64,000 nt of DNA, from contig CAZVLU010000005.1 in NCBI GenBank assembly GCA_964628235.1, positions 16,296 to 80,295 on the forward strand, given 5' to 3'. The notes under the pieces were generated by a model that saw only the letters and a program-made list of their open reading frames with translations, searched no databases and was not told the DNA's origin. Position numbers and translations under genes: made by a program. This document shows positions 39,603-49,470 of this stretch, piece after piece. The DNA is from an uncultured Rhizobium sp. (GTDB lineage: Bacteria; Pseudomonadota; Alphaproteobacteria; SMXQ01). Position 1 is the stretch's first letter; each line of letters begins with the position of its first letter.

Positions 39603-41755
39603 GCCTTAAACTCGATTGGGAGACGCGCAGCGACATCGACCTGCTAAAGCGCGGCGTTTACGTCTACTGCGAAAGCCCCTACACCGACGCGCTGCTCGCC
39701 TCCTATCGCATCGGCGACGGCCCGCTGCGGCGCTGGAAGCGCGGCCAGCCCTGCCCGGACGACATTCGCGGGCATGTCGCCGCCGGCGGCGAGATCAAAG
39801 CCCACAACGCCGCCTTCGAGCGCCTGATCTGGTGGAAGATCATGCACGCCAGGCACGGCTGGCCGAAACCGCGCATCGAGCAATTTCGCTGCACAGCCGT
39901 AACGGCGGCCGCGATGAGCTTGCCGCGAAGCCTTGATCGGCTCGGCGCCGCGCTCGACCTGAAAGTAAAGAAAGACAAAAAGGGCAAAGCCCTGATTAAC
40001 AAGCACTCGAAGCCGTGCGGCTGGCGTCGAGACGAAGCCGGCCGCGACGTGCCGATTTTCGACGAAGACCCCGTGTCGCTGGAAGAGTTTCACGACTATT
40101 GCGACACCGACGTCATCACCGAAGAGGAGGCCGACGCGCGCCTCGTGCCGCTCTCCGAACAGGAACAGGCGGTCTACGTCCTGAACGAGAAAATCAACGA
40201 TCGCGGTATCCGGCTCGACGTGAAGTCCGCCCGCGCGGCCGTCGTCCTTATCGAGCGCGCCAAGGCAAAACTCGACCGCGAGATGAGGCTGACGACAGAC
40301 GGCTACGTCAAAGCCTGCACCAACGTCAAAGCGCTGGCCGAGTGGATCGAGGCTCAAGGCGTCGCGTTGGCGTCCGTCGCCAAGGAGGACATCGAGGAGC
40401 TGCTTGACGAGGTCGACGACCTCCCCGAGCGCGTCCATCGCGCGCTGGAGCTGCGCCAGGAAGCCGCCAAGACCTCCGTGTCGAAGATCGTTACCATGCT
40501 GGAGCGCGTGAACAACGATGGCCGAATCCGGGGCGTCTATCTCGACCACGGCGCCGGGCAGACCGGCCGCTTTTCGAGCCGCGGGGTCCAGGCGCACAAT
40601 ATGCCGACCTACCGGCCCGAGTTCGAGAGCGCGCACCTGCGCCTCGACTTGCTCTTCGAGGCGATCCGCAGCGGCCAGCCCGAAGCCCTGGAGTTCCTTT
40701 ACGGGCCGAAGCTCGGCCGCCCCCTCCACCTGCTTTCCGACGCCGTGCGCAGCTTCCTATGGGCCGCGCCGGGCCACGAAATGATCGTCGCCGACTACTC
40801 CTCGATCGAGGGCCGTCTCGCGGCCTATATCGCGGGCGAGGAGTGGAAGCTCGAAGCCTTCCGTAAATATGACCGCGGCGAAGGCCCCGGCATGTACGAG
40901 CTGACGGCGGCGCAGATCTATGACATCGACGTCGCCGACGTCGACAAGCCGAAACGCGCCGTCGGTAAGGTCGGCGAATTGTCGATGGGCTATCAAGGCG
41001 GCGTCGGCGCGCTCTCGAAAATGGCGCGGCAGAAAAAGCTCAAGCTGCATACGGTTTTCCCCTCCGTGTGGGCGGCCGCGCCGCAGGAGCGCCGCGAGGA
41101 AGCCGAATCGCGCTTCGACGAGCGCTTGCAGAAGAACGACGAGACCGCGAAAAAGCTCGGCCGCGAAGGCTGGATTGCCGGCGAGCTGGTCAAGGTGGGC
41201 TGGCGCCTGGCGCACCCGGCCATAACGAGCGCCTGGAAGCTGCTCGAAGAAGCCGTCTTTGCGGCCGTCACCGAGCCAGGCACGCAGCATCACGCGCTCG
41301 GCGTGACCTACCTCGTTGCGCACGGCTTCCTCTGGTGCCAGCTCGCCAGCGGCCGCTGCCTTGCTTACGGCCGGCCGCGCGTTCAGGAAGTCGAGGCGCC
41401 TTGGGCCGACAAGACCGTCGAGCCGAAGAAGCGCGAACAGAAAACCTCCGTGACGGTGCTCGGCGTCGACAGCCAGACCGAGAAGTGGGTCCGCTCGCCG
41501 ATCTATGGCGGCTCGCTGTTCAACAACGTCGTGCAAGGCACGGCGCGCGACGTGCTGGTGCATGGCATGTTCAACGTCGAGGCCGCCGGCTACCCGATCG
41601 TTCTGCACACGCACGACGAGGTCGGCGCCGAATTGCCGATCGGCGTCGGCGATCCCGAAGAGTTCGGGCGCATTCTGAATCGTCTGCCCGCTTGGTGCGC
41701 GGATCTGCCGCTCACCGCCGCAGCCTTCAAGACGAAACGCTACAGAAAAGATTGA
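39599..41755 (+). CDS. family-A DNA polymerase with 3'-5' exonuclease domain
   Basis: 718 aa; exo motifs LDWETRSDIDL, AHNAAFE; polymerase region RAVGKVGELSMGYQGG, HTHDEV. Confidence 0.85.
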   Translation: MSLKLDWETRSDIDLLKRGVYVYCESPYTDALLASYRIGDGPLRRWKRGQPCPDDIRGHVAAGGEIKAHNAAFERLIWWKIMHARHGWPKPRIEQFRCTAVTAAAMSLPRSLDRLGAALDLKVKKDKKGKALINKHSKPCGWRRDEAGRDVPIFDEDPVSLEEFHDYCDTDVITEEEADARLVPLSEQEQAVYVLNEKINDRGIRLDVKSARAAVVLIERAKAKLDREMRLTTDGYVKACTNVKALAEWIEAQGVALASVAKEDIEELLDEVDDLPERVHRALELRQEAAKTSVSKIVTMLERVNNDGRIRGVYLDHGAGQTGRFSSRGVQAHNMPTYRPEFESAHLRLDLLFEAIRSGQPEALEFLYGPKLGRPLHLLSDAVRSFLWAAPGHEMIVADYSSIEGRLAAYIAGEEWKLEAFRKYDRGEGPGMYELTAAQIYDIDVADVDKPKRAVGKVGELSMGYQGGVGALSKMARQKKLKLHTVFPSVWAAAPQERREEAESRFDERLQKNDETAKKLGREGWIAGELVKVGWRLAHPAITSAWKLLEEAVFAAVTEPGTQHHALGVTYLVAHGFLWCQLASGRCLAYGRPRVQEVEAPWADKTVEPKKREQKTSVTVLGVDSQTEKWVRSPIYGGSLFNNVVQGTARDVLVHGMFNVEAAGYPIVLHTHDEVGAELPIGVGDPEEFGRILNRLPAWCADLPLTAAAFKTKRYRKD

Positions 41756-41774
41756 GTGTCTTTTGTATGTCTAT

Positions 41775-41815
41775 TTTGTATGTTGACAAGTGACATACAT
41801 CGGACATATAGTCCT
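41775..41815 (+). promoter_or_regulatory. sigma70-like promoter embedded in palindromic operator
   Basis: TGTATGTTGACAagtgACATACA (TTGACA -35 inside inverted repeat) followed by TATAGT. Confidence 0.45.
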
Positions 41816-41819
41816 GAAT

Positions 41820-42041
41820 ATGGTTAATGAGCCTTCGGAGACAGTGGTGTCCCTCAAGAAATCGACAGCCCCCAAGCGGACCCTGACGACCATGCGCCTG
41901 CCGGTCGAGCTTATGAAGCAGCTCAAGATTGTCGCGCAGCGCGAGAACCGTTCTCGCTCGAACCTCGTCGAGAAGATCCTCCGCGACGCCTTGACGCGCC
42001 GCAAGAAGGACGACGCCGACGGCAAGTCCGTTTTCGGTTGA
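41820..42041 (+). CDS. ribbon-helix-helix (CopG/Arc) DNA-binding protein
   Basis: Start at M10 of the track ORF (upstream part lies in promoter); RLPVELMKQLKIVAQRENRSRSNLVEKILRDAL. Confidence 0.55.
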   Translation: MVNEPSETVVSLKKSTAPKRTLTTMRLPVELMKQLKIVAQRENRSRSNLVEKILRDALTRRKKDDADGKSVFG

Positions 42042-42253
42042 GCGTCATGAGCCTCGACGAGCTGCGCGAGAAACACCCCGGCTTTGGCTTCGCCGTCTAT
42101 GCGATGGAGCCGGGCGCGAGCGTCACTTTCGAGGTCCACACGCCCGACGGCGACGTCTTCGCCTTCGTCGGCGCCACCGAAGCGGCCGCCATCGAGAGCG
42201 CCTTCCCCGAGACCCCTGAACCCGAGCCGCCATCGACCGACGTTTTCGCCTAA
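42038..42253 (+). CDS. hypothetical phage protein
   Basis: 71 aa coupled ORF. Confidence 0.35.
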   Translation: MSVMSLDELREKHPGFGFAVYAMEPGASVTFEVHTPDGDVFAFVGATEAAAIESAFPETPEPEPPSTDVFA

Positions 42254-42288
42254 GCCCCCGCCCCTTCGTCCGCACAACGAGGCAGAAC

Positions 42289-42549
42289 ATGAAGACCCTA
42301 GACGCCTTCCGGCAACGCTGCGCCGCCCGCCAGCACCGCCGCAACAATCTCAAGAAGCGCAAAGCGGCCGTTGCCGAAGCCCGCGCGCTGGCGCGCCAGC
42401 GCACGGGCTATCTCGCCGTCCATATGCGCAACGCCGAGCCTCTATCGACGCAAGAGGCGGCCTGGCTGGCGTTCAAGATTGCGGCTGGCATCGCCGCCCT
42501 GGCGCTGCTCTTCGTCGCCGGCGCCATCCTCGTTGCGAAGGGGCTCTAG
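42289..42549 (+). CDS. small membrane protein
   Basis: C-terminal TM AWLAFKIAAGIAALALLFVAGAILVA. Confidence 0.4.
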   Translation: MKTLDAFRQRCAARQHRRNNLKKRKAAVAEARALARQRTGYLAVHMRNAEPLSTQEAAWLAFKIAAGIAALALLFVAGAILVAKGL

Positions 42550-42551
42550 TC

Positions 42552-42800
42552 ATGGCCGCCCCTTCGGTCGACGAGGTCGCAAAGCTCGTCCGCACGTTCA
42601 GCGCCATCACCATTGAGGAGGCCCCGGCCCTGCCGCCCGGCTACATCGTCGCGGCGGACGCGGAGGGCAACAAGCTCGCTGTCTGGAGCCCGACGCTGCG
42701 CGTCTGGTCGGCTCCGCTGTCGAACGACAATTTCACGCGGCTCCTGATCGCCTCCGAGCAGTATCGGGAAGCCCTGGAGCTGGTAGGGGCGACGCGATGA
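42552..42800 (+). CDS. hypothetical phage protein
   Basis: 82 aa from MAAPSVDEVAKLV (internal start of the 42084 track ORF). Confidence 0.35.
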   Translation: MAAPSVDEVAKLVRTFSAITIEEAPALPPGYIVAADAEGNKLAVWSPTLRVWSAPLSNDNFTRLLIASEQYREALELVGATR

Positions 42801-43180
42801 AACGTGCGCTCGTCGCCCTGCTTCTCGTCCTCACCGGCTGCCAGTCCGTTTTCGAGACGCAGCTCGGCTTGGCGGCCAAGCGCCACCCGTCCGGCTTCGC
42901 GCTCGGCGAAGACTACATCGTCACACACGCGCCGCAGGCCGTCATCGACCTGCGCCACCCCGGCGCGGGCGCTTACGTCTACAACGGCCGGGGCTACGCG
43001 CGCCCGTTCGTCATCGTGTGGTCCGACCAGGTGCCGTTTAACCGTTGCCTCCTCGATCATGAGCTTTGGCACCTCACCGACGACCCGAAAGATCCAGGCT
43101 GGCGTCGCCGGCACGCGATCGGCACGAACATTTGGGACGACACGGGGCACGACGCGCCTTGCGGGGAGTGGCGGCGATGA
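42797..43180 (+). CDS. lipoprotein with HExxH motif
   Basis: Lipobox LVLTGC; CLLDHELWHL zinc-metallopeptidase-like motif. Confidence 0.5.
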   Translation: MKRALVALLLVLTGCQSVFETQLGLAAKRHPSGFALGEDYIVTHAPQAVIDLRHPGAGAYVYNGRGYARPFVIVWSDQVPFNRCLLDHELWHLTDDPKDPGWRRRHAIGTNIWDDTGHDAPCGEWRR

Positions 43181-43226
43181 GCGCGCTTCTGTCCTGCCAC
43201 GACCTCGTGAATGAAGGAACAGCACC

Positions 43227-43820
43227 ATGACGCAAGCCTACCCGCTCCACTGGCCGCCAGGCTACCCGCGCACGAAGGCGCCCGGAAAAAGCCGCTTCAA
43301 GACCTCGTTGGCGGGCGCCGTAGCGAACGTGCAAGACGAGCTGCGCCGCTTCGGTAGCGACACCAAGCTCAAGGTCGAGAGCATCGTCATTTCGGCGAAC
43401 GTCTCGCTCGCGGAGCAAAGGCCGGCCGACCCCGGCGTCGCCGTCTATTTTCGATGGGACAACATCGACTGTTGCATCGCCGTCGACCTCTACCACTGGC
43501 CGGAGGAGAACCTACAGGCCATCGCCCTGATCGTCGAAGCCGACCGCGCGAAAATGCGGCACGGCGGCCTGAACATCATACGATCAAGCTTTCGCGGCTA
43601 CGCTGCACTCCCGCCGCCGAAAGGCCCCGACGGGCAGCTCGCGCCGCCCTGGTGGCACGTCCTCGGCTTCAAGAACGAAGGCGCTGTGACGCTCGAAGCC
43701 GCCGAGCAGAAATACCGCGACAGCGTGAAGACGAAGCACCCGGACAGAGGCGGAAACGCAGCAGAATTTAACGCGCTGACAGACGCCATTCGGCAAGCGC
43801 GGGAGCTTCTGAAAGCATGA
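43227..43820 (+). CDS. J-domain (DnaJ-like) protein
   Basis: C-terminal KYRDSVKTKHPDRGGNAAEFNALTDAIRQA with HPD tripeptide. Confidence 0.7.
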   Translation: MTQAYPLHWPPGYPRTKAPGKSRFKTSLAGAVANVQDELRRFGSDTKLKVESIVISANVSLAEQRPADPGVAVYFRWDNIDCCIAVDLYHWPEENLQAIALIVEADRAKMRHGGLNIIRSSFRGYAALPPPKGPDGQLAPPWWHVLGFKNEGAVTLEAAEQKYRDSVKTKHPDRGGNAAEFNALTDAIRQARELLKA

Positions 43821-44125
43821 GACAGCCCGTGACATACCGCCGGCGCGCGCCGAAGACGCCAGGGCTGCACGACGAAGTGCGGATCTCGCTCAACGACGTC
43901 CACCTAGCGCACCGCGAGGCGGCTCTCGTCGCCGGCATGATGGCCGGCCACTGTCGAAAGCGGCCGCTGCTCGAATTTATGTTCGGCGCCGACAACCGCG
44001 TCAGCGATCGCTACCTCCGCGAGCTGGTGGGGCGCACCCGTAAGCGCCTCGCCGGGTCCGGCTTCACCATCACCGACTACGAACCCCGCGGCTACGCGAT
44101 CATTCTGGAGGCCAAGACACCATGA
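43817..44125 (+). CDS. hypothetical phage protein
   Basis: 102 aa coupled ORF. Confidence 0.35.
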   Translation: MRQPVTYRRRAPKTPGLHDEVRISLNDVHLAHREAALVAGMMAGHCRKRPLLEFMFGADNRVSDRYLRELVGRTRKRLAGSGFTITDYEPRGYAIILEAKTP

Positions 44126-45960
44126 AGCGTAAAATTCTAGTGGCGGATCTGCTCTGCGGCGCGGGCGGCTCCTCGACCGGCGCGGCGCAAGCGCTCGTCG
44201 AGCTTGGCCTCGATATGGAGCTGGTCTGCGTCAATCACTGGAATGTCGCGATCGAGACCCACAAGGCGAATCACCCGCACGCCCGGCATTACTGCCAGGA
44301 CATATCGACTGTCCGGCCGCACCTTGTGGTGCCCGAGGGCTATCTCGACCTGCTCATGGCGAGCCCCACCTGCACGCACCACTCCGTCGCGCGCGGCGGA
44401 AAGCCGACCAGCGACCAGCAGCGCTCCGACCCTTGGCATATCATAACCTGGCTGACCGAGCTGCGGGTCAAGCGAATCATGATCGAAAACGTATGGGAGT
44501 TCGTGAAGTGGGGTCCGGTCGACCCGCGCAGCGGCAAGCCCATCAAGTCGCGGCAGGGCGAATACTTCAACGCCTGGATCGAGACCATGCGCCGGCTAGA
44601 CTTCGAGCTGGAGTGGCGCAAGCTGAACGCGGCCGACTACGGCGAAGCGACGACGCGGCAGCGCTTCTTTCTCCTCGGCCGCAGCGACCGCAAGCGTATC
44701 GCCTGGCCCTCGCCGACGCACACGAAGCGGCAACCCGAAGCGCCGGCCGGTCTGCACCCTTGGCGGCCGGCGCGCGAGATCATCGACTGGAACATCAAGG
44801 GCCGGTCGATCTTCACGCGCAAGAAGCCGCTCGCGCCGAAGACCCTCGCGCGGATCTATGCGGGCGCCGTCAACCTTCAATGGCCCGAGCCGTTCCTCGT
44901 CATCTTGCGAAACCATATGGGCGCGCAATCCGTCGACGCGCCGTTGCCGACTGTGGCGGCGAACGGAACGCATATCGGCCTGGCGCAGCCCGTCGTCATG
45001 AACGGCCGGAAGGGCTCGAAGGCCAAAGGCGTAGAGACAGCGCCGATCCCGACGCTCGACACCAAGGGCGGCGTATGGCTCGCAGAGCCGGCGCTGATCG
45101 CCACGGCCCACGGAAACGCCGCGACGGAGAAGAACCCGAACAAGCGGCGCGCCAAAGGCGTCAGCGAGCCCTTGGGGGCGATCCACGCGAGCGGCGGTAA
45201 CTTCGCCGTCGCCGAGCCTCTGATCCTCTCGCAGCAAGCCAGCGGTCGGCCACGTTCGGCCGAGGAGCCGCTACCGACGATCTTGACCGGCGGCGCCGGC
45301 ACGGCGGAGCGGCCGGGCTGCGCGCGTCACGCTGTCGTGCAGCCTTTCGTCCTGTCCCGGCTCGGAAACGGCGCGCCCCGCCCGACCGACCAGCCGACGC
45401 CTACGCAGGTCGCGACGCACAGCCACGTTCTAATCGCGCCTTACTACAGCAGCGGCTCGGGCGAAACGTGCAAGAGCGCCGACGTGCCGCTCTCCTCCCT
45501 GACGACTAAGGCGCGCTTCGGCATGGTCATCCCCGTCACGCACAGCGGCGACGAGAGCAACCGCTCGCGCGACGTCGAGACCGACGGCTTGCCGACCGTA
45601 ACGGGCGCCAATCGCGGCGAGCTGGCTTTTATAACAGCCGCCTTCGGCGAGCGCGAAGGGCAGGCCCCGCGGGTTCATGATCTCGGAGAGCCGGCGCCGA
45701 CGATCTGCGCGACCGGCGGCAGCGTCAACCTGGTCGAGCCGACAGAGAGCTACGACATTCTATTTCGGATGCTCGAACCGCATGAGCTGGCGGCCGCGAT
45801 GGGCTTCAACGACGAAGACGCGACATACGCATTCAGCGGAAACAAGACCGAGCAGATAAAGCAAATCGGAAATGCCGTGTCCGTCCGGCAGTCAAAGGCC
45901 CTCGTCAAAGCGATGCTGGCCGACAGCGCCGAGCCGAGCAAGGCGGAGCGAGCGGCGTAG
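44122..45960 (+). CDS. DNA (cytosine-5)-methyltransferase
   Basis: Motif I LLCGAGGSS, catalytic-Cys region ASPTCTHHS, ENV motif IMIENVWEF, motif X IGNAVSV; long variable region. Confidence 0.8.
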   Translation: MKRKILVADLLCGAGGSSTGAAQALVELGLDMELVCVNHWNVAIETHKANHPHARHYCQDISTVRPHLVVPEGYLDLLMASPTCTHHSVARGGKPTSDQQRSDPWHIITWLTELRVKRIMIENVWEFVKWGPVDPRSGKPIKSRQGEYFNAWIETMRRLDFELEWRKLNAADYGEATTRQRFFLLGRSDRKRIAWPSPTHTKRQPEAPAGLHPWRPAREIIDWNIKGRSIFTRKKPLAPKTLARIYAGAVNLQWPEPFLVILRNHMGAQSVDAPLPTVAANGTHIGLAQPVVMNGRKGSKAKGVETAPIPTLDTKGGVWLAEPALIATAHGNAATEKNPNKRRAKGVSEPLGAIHASGGNFAVAEPLILSQQASGRPRSAEEPLPTILTGGAGTAERPGCARHAVVQPFVLSRLGNGAPRPTDQPTPTQVATHSHVLIAPYYSSGSGETCKSADVPLSSLTTKARFGMVIPVTHSGDESNRSRDVETDGLPTVTGANRGELAFITAAFGEREGQAPRVHDLGEPAPTICATGGSVNLVEPTESYDILFRMLEPHELAAAMGFNDEDATYAFSGNKTEQIKQIGNAVSVRQSKALVKAMLADSAEPSKAERAA

Positions 45961-45983
45961 AGATTCACAGAGAGGCAAAAATC

Positions 45984-46538
45984 ATGGCCGGCTTTAGTTT
46001 TCAAACGCGCGTTCGGGCCTGGATGCTGCATTGCTTCAACGCCGAGATCGCGGCCGACAAGCTGACGCGCAATTTTCGTTTCCTCGAAGAAGCGATCGAG
46101 CTGGTGCAAGCCTGCGGCTGCACGGCGACAGAAGCGCACCAGCTCGTCGACTACGTCTTCGGCCGCCCGATCGGCGACCCGCCGCAGGAAGTCGGCGGCG
46201 TCATGGTCACGCTGGCGACGCTATGCGACGCGCAAGGCATCGACCTCATGGTCTCGGCCGAGACCGAGCTTGCGCGGATCTGGAGCCCCGAGGTCGTGGC
46301 GAAGATCCGCGAGAAGCAGGCAACGAAGCCGAACCACTCGCCGTTGCCGGGGGCAAGCGGCCGAGACGCCTGGTCGGCGGCACAGATCCGCAGCCGCATC
46401 AAGCACCTCGACAGGAAGATAGCCGGCGCGCAAGCCTGGGGCTCGGCGCTAGGCGCGATGGACGAAGAGCGCACGGAGTTACAAAAGCGCCTCAACGCCA
46501 TGACGAAGCCCCTCGCCGAGCCGCAGGAACGCGCCTAG
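45984..46538 (+). CDS. hypothetical protein (possible MazG-like NTP pyrophosphohydrolase)
   Basis: FLEEAIELVQA...EA.QLVDYVF...E.GGVMVTLATLCDAQGIDL pattern; tentative. Confidence 0.4.
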   Translation: MAGFSFQTRVRAWMLHCFNAEIAADKLTRNFRFLEEAIELVQACGCTATEAHQLVDYVFGRPIGDPPQEVGGVMVTLATLCDAQGIDLMVSAETELARIWSPEVVAKIREKQATKPNHSPLPGASGRDAWSAAQIRSRIKHLDRKIAGAQAWGSALGAMDEERTELQKRLNAMTKPLAEPQERA

Positions 46539-46579
46539 AATGGCGGCCCCCACCACCCGAGCAAGGCCGCCGTCGCACC

Positions 46580-46888
46580 GTGGAGCCGAGCGAAGTCTAC
46601 CCGATCGAAAGCGGCATCCCGATTCCGCCTCGAAAATACGGCATCGACGCTCCGAAGCCCGCGCGCGTCCCGCGATCGCCGCTTCGCCAACGGCCAAGCC
46701 GGCGGCGCTACCCTTTCATGGATCTGCACGTCGGCGAGAGCTTTGTCGTGCCGTTCGGCGACGAGCACCCCTACATGGTGCAGAACCGCCTGACGGGCGC
46801 CATTCGCTCCTGCAACCGTCGTCATGGGCTCTGCTTCACGACACGCCTCGTGGAGCGCGGCGTGCGCATTTGGCGGGTCGCCTGCTAG
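46580..46888 (+). CDS. hypothetical phage protein
   Basis: C-terminal part of the 46031 track ORF beyond upstream stop; GTG 46580 or ATG 46718 possible. Confidence 0.3.
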   Translation: MEPSEVYPIESGIPIPPRKYGIDAPKPARVPRSPLRQRPSRRRYPFMDLHVGESFVVPFGDEHPYMVQNRLTGAIRSCNRRHGLCFTTRLVERGVRIWRVAC

Positions 46889-47046
46889 GTCTAAACGCGC
46901 CTCGATTGTATGGCGTGTCTGATAAATCTAGCCGCAAGTGCGACAGTTCGCCTACACTCGCCAGCCCCTAAGCGAAAGAGGCGACCCGCCCCGAAGAGCG
47001 AGCCGCCTCCTCCCACCACCTACTGCCGCACAGCAGAGACCCATTT

Positions 47047-49272
47047 ATGACGAAAACCGCAGCGTTTAGCAAGTTCTGGTCTCTCGGCTTCCGCTCGCTC
47101 GTGCCGATCACGCCGCCGGGCGCGGCCGTCTCCGAGAAATCGACACTGGCGAAACGACCGGGCTCGATCGGCAAAGCCGTCGGGATTCGGGGCGGAGATG
47201 GGCTCTGGCGCGGCTTCGATTGGGTCAAGCATCATACATCGGCGACAGACATCGAGGCATGGGCCGAGATGGGCGCCGGCGTCGGCATCCGCACGGGCGA
47301 CGGCATCATCGCCATCGACGCCGACACCTTCAACGCGAAGTATGTCGAGGAGATCGCCAAGGCGGCGAAGGCGCTGCTCGGCGACGCGCCCGTGCGCATC
47401 GGCAACCCACCTAAATTCCTTCTGCTCTACGCCGTCTCCGAGCCCGTGGCCTATCAGCGCGTGCTGTTCGACGACGGGCTGCCGTTCCGCCCTGGCGCCG
47501 AGCCGCGCGTCGAGATGCTGTCGGACGGCCGGCAGTTCGTCGCCGACGGTATCCACCCCTCCACCGGCAAGCCCTACACCTGGCCGGGCCGCGGGCTGTG
47601 GCCCCGCGACAAGCTCACCACCGTCACGCCGCAACAGCTCAACGCCTTCTTCGCCCGCCTCACCGAGATCCTGCCGGCAGCCGCGCGCGTCGAGACGACG
47701 GCAGCCAACGACCGCAGCAACATCGACCAGGCGTCGCTGGAAGGTGACAGCAAGACCGTCGAGGCCGCCGTGCGCGCCCTCCCCAACACCACCGAGCTAT
47801 TCCCGACCTATGACGACTACATCCGCGTCGGCGCCGCCATCAAGGGCGCGGCGCAGGGTCTCCCCGATCACGGTCTCGCCCTCTTCCTCGAATGGGCGGA
47901 GCGCTGGTCGGGCGGCAACGACCTGGAGCGCGCGGCGGCCGACTTCGCCCGGATCAAGCCGCCTTACGAGCTTGGCGCGCGCTGGCTCTACGAGATGGCC
48001 GACAGCCACGGCAAGGGCGCGTTCCGCCATGCCGACGTTTGGTTCGAGCCGCTGGCCGAGGTCGAGCTAAATCCCTTTGAGGCCGCCCGCCTCAAGCAAG
48101 CCGAAGAGACGCGCATCGAGCCGATCCGCTGGATACGGCCGAGCGAGTGGAAGGGCCGCACGCCGCCGGATCGCGAATGGGAGGTGGAAGGCTGGATACC
48201 CAAGGGCGAGGTGACGCTGCTCTACGGCGACGGCGGCATCGGCAAGACCCTCCTGGCCCACCAATACGCCACAGCGGCCGCGGCGGGCGTCTCATGGCTC
48301 GGGCTGAACACCCGGCAAGCCAAGGTCATGTGCTTTTTCTGCGAAGACAGCGAGGCCGAGCTGCACCGCCGGCAAATCGACATCAACAACGCCCTCTGCC
48401 TCGACTACGACCAGGCCGACGCCAATCTGCGCATCGCCAGCCGCAAGTACATGGACAACCTGTTCATTCTTTGGGACCGCAACACGGGGGCGATGAAGCG
48501 GCAAGCCGTATGGGCGCAGCTCCTAGAAGACGCCGTCGCCTTCGGCGCGGAGGTCATCGTCGTCGACACCATCGCCGACACCTACGGCGGCTCCGAGATC
48601 GACCGCGGCCAAGTCAACGCTTTCGTGAAGTCCTGCCTCGGCCGGCTCGCCTCCGAGATCCAAGGCTCGATCATCGCCCTCGGGCACCCGTCGATCGCCG
48701 GCAAGACAGAAGGCCGATCCGGCAGCACCGCCTGGAGCAACGCCGCGCGCTCGCGCCTGTTCCTGCGCTACCCGAAGAACGTCGAGAAGGGCGACATTCG
48801 CGAGCTGGAGGGCATGAAGCTGAATTACGGGCCGAAGGGCTCGCTGCTCAAGCTCCAGTGGAAGCGCGGCGCGTTCGACGTGCTGGCCGGTTCGACGGCG
48901 GGCACGGTCCATCTAAACGCCTTGAACGACCCCAAGACAGCGCCCGCCTTCGAGCGCATCGAGGATATGGCCGAGCGCGCCGTGCTCGCCGCCGTGGCGG
49001 CCGCCGAGGCGGAAGGCGTCGCGCTCGGGGCGTCCTCGCGGTCGCCCGTCTACGCGCCGCGCGTGCTCAAGCAGCGCGAGCCGGAAGCGCTGGCCGTCTA
49101 CACGGCCGAAGAGGTCGAGACGGCGCTAAGGAGCCTAGAACGGAGGGGGCTTGTTCAAGCCAAAGAGGTTGCGCGCCGTGGCAACCGTCACCCCGTCATG
49201 GGCTATGCCGTCGTCCGGCAAAAGCCGGAAGCGGCGGACAATCTGTCCGAAGGGTCGGGCGTTTTCCAGTGA
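47047..49272 (+). CDS. bifunctional primase-polymerase (Prim-Pol) / RecA-like helicase-loader replication protein
   Basis: N-terminal GAGVGIRTGDGIIAIDADT Prim-Pol motif; central Walker A LLYGDGGIGKT (AAA_25-like), Walker B VIVVDTIAD. Confidence 0.85.
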   Translation: MTKTAAFSKFWSLGFRSLVPITPPGAAVSEKSTLAKRPGSIGKAVGIRGGDGLWRGFDWVKHHTSATDIEAWAEMGAGVGIRTGDGIIAIDADTFNAKYVEEIAKAAKALLGDAPVRIGNPPKFLLLYAVSEPVAYQRVLFDDGLPFRPGAEPRVEMLSDGRQFVADGIHPSTGKPYTWPGRGLWPRDKLTTVTPQQLNAFFARLTEILPAAARVETTAANDRSNIDQASLEGDSKTVEAAVRALPNTTELFPTYDDYIRVGAAIKGAAQGLPDHGLALFLEWAERWSGGNDLERAAADFARIKPPYELGARWLYEMADSHGKGAFRHADVWFEPLAEVELNPFEAARLKQAEETRIEPIRWIRPSEWKGRTPPDREWEVEGWIPKGEVTLLYGDGGIGKTLLAHQYATAAAAGVSWLGLNTRQAKVMCFFCEDSEAELHRRQIDINNALCLDYDQADANLRIASRKYMDNLFILWDRNTGAMKRQAVWAQLLEDAVAFGAEVIVVDTIADTYGGSEIDRGQVNAFVKSCLGRLASEIQGSIIALGHPSIAGKTEGRSGSTAWSNAARSRLFLRYPKNVEKGDIRELEGMKLNYGPKGSLLKLQWKRGAFDVLAGSTAGTVHLNALNDPKTAPAFERIEDMAERAVLAAVAAAEAEGVALGASSRSPVYAPRVLKQREPEALAVYTAEEVETALRSLERRGLVQAKEVARRGNRHPVMGYAVVRQKPEAADNLSEGSGVFQ

Positions 49273-49470
49273 TTCGCGCTGCGTCAAGCTGCGTCGAGCT
49301 TCCTTGCAAGTCATTGATTTTGCTTGCGTCGAGCTTCGGCGGTTGTATGGCTGCGTCAAGCTGCGTCAAGCTGCGTCAAGCTTCCACGCAAACCATTGAG
49401 ATAAAAGAAAATTGGTGCTGTGCGTCAAGCTGCGTCGGGGTTCTGCGTCAAGCTTCACCCCTAAAGGGGG
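49273..49470. repeat. iteron array (putative phage replication origin)
   Basis: 8-9 copies of (C)TGCGTCRAGC within 200 bp incl. a 3x perfect tandem, AT-rich core gagataaaagaaaattgg, immediately 3' of primase gene. Confidence 0.7.

Noticed and set aside
41790-41819. Upstream GTG start of the RHH gene
   Set aside because: That stretch coincides with the TTGACA -35 and palindrome of the promoter; internal ATG (M10 of the track ORF) is the plausible start.
49151-49399. 82-aa ORF spanning the iteron array
   Set aside because: Translation consists of repeated CVKLR units produced by the TGCGTCAAGC DNA repeats; interpreted as ori iterons, not coding.
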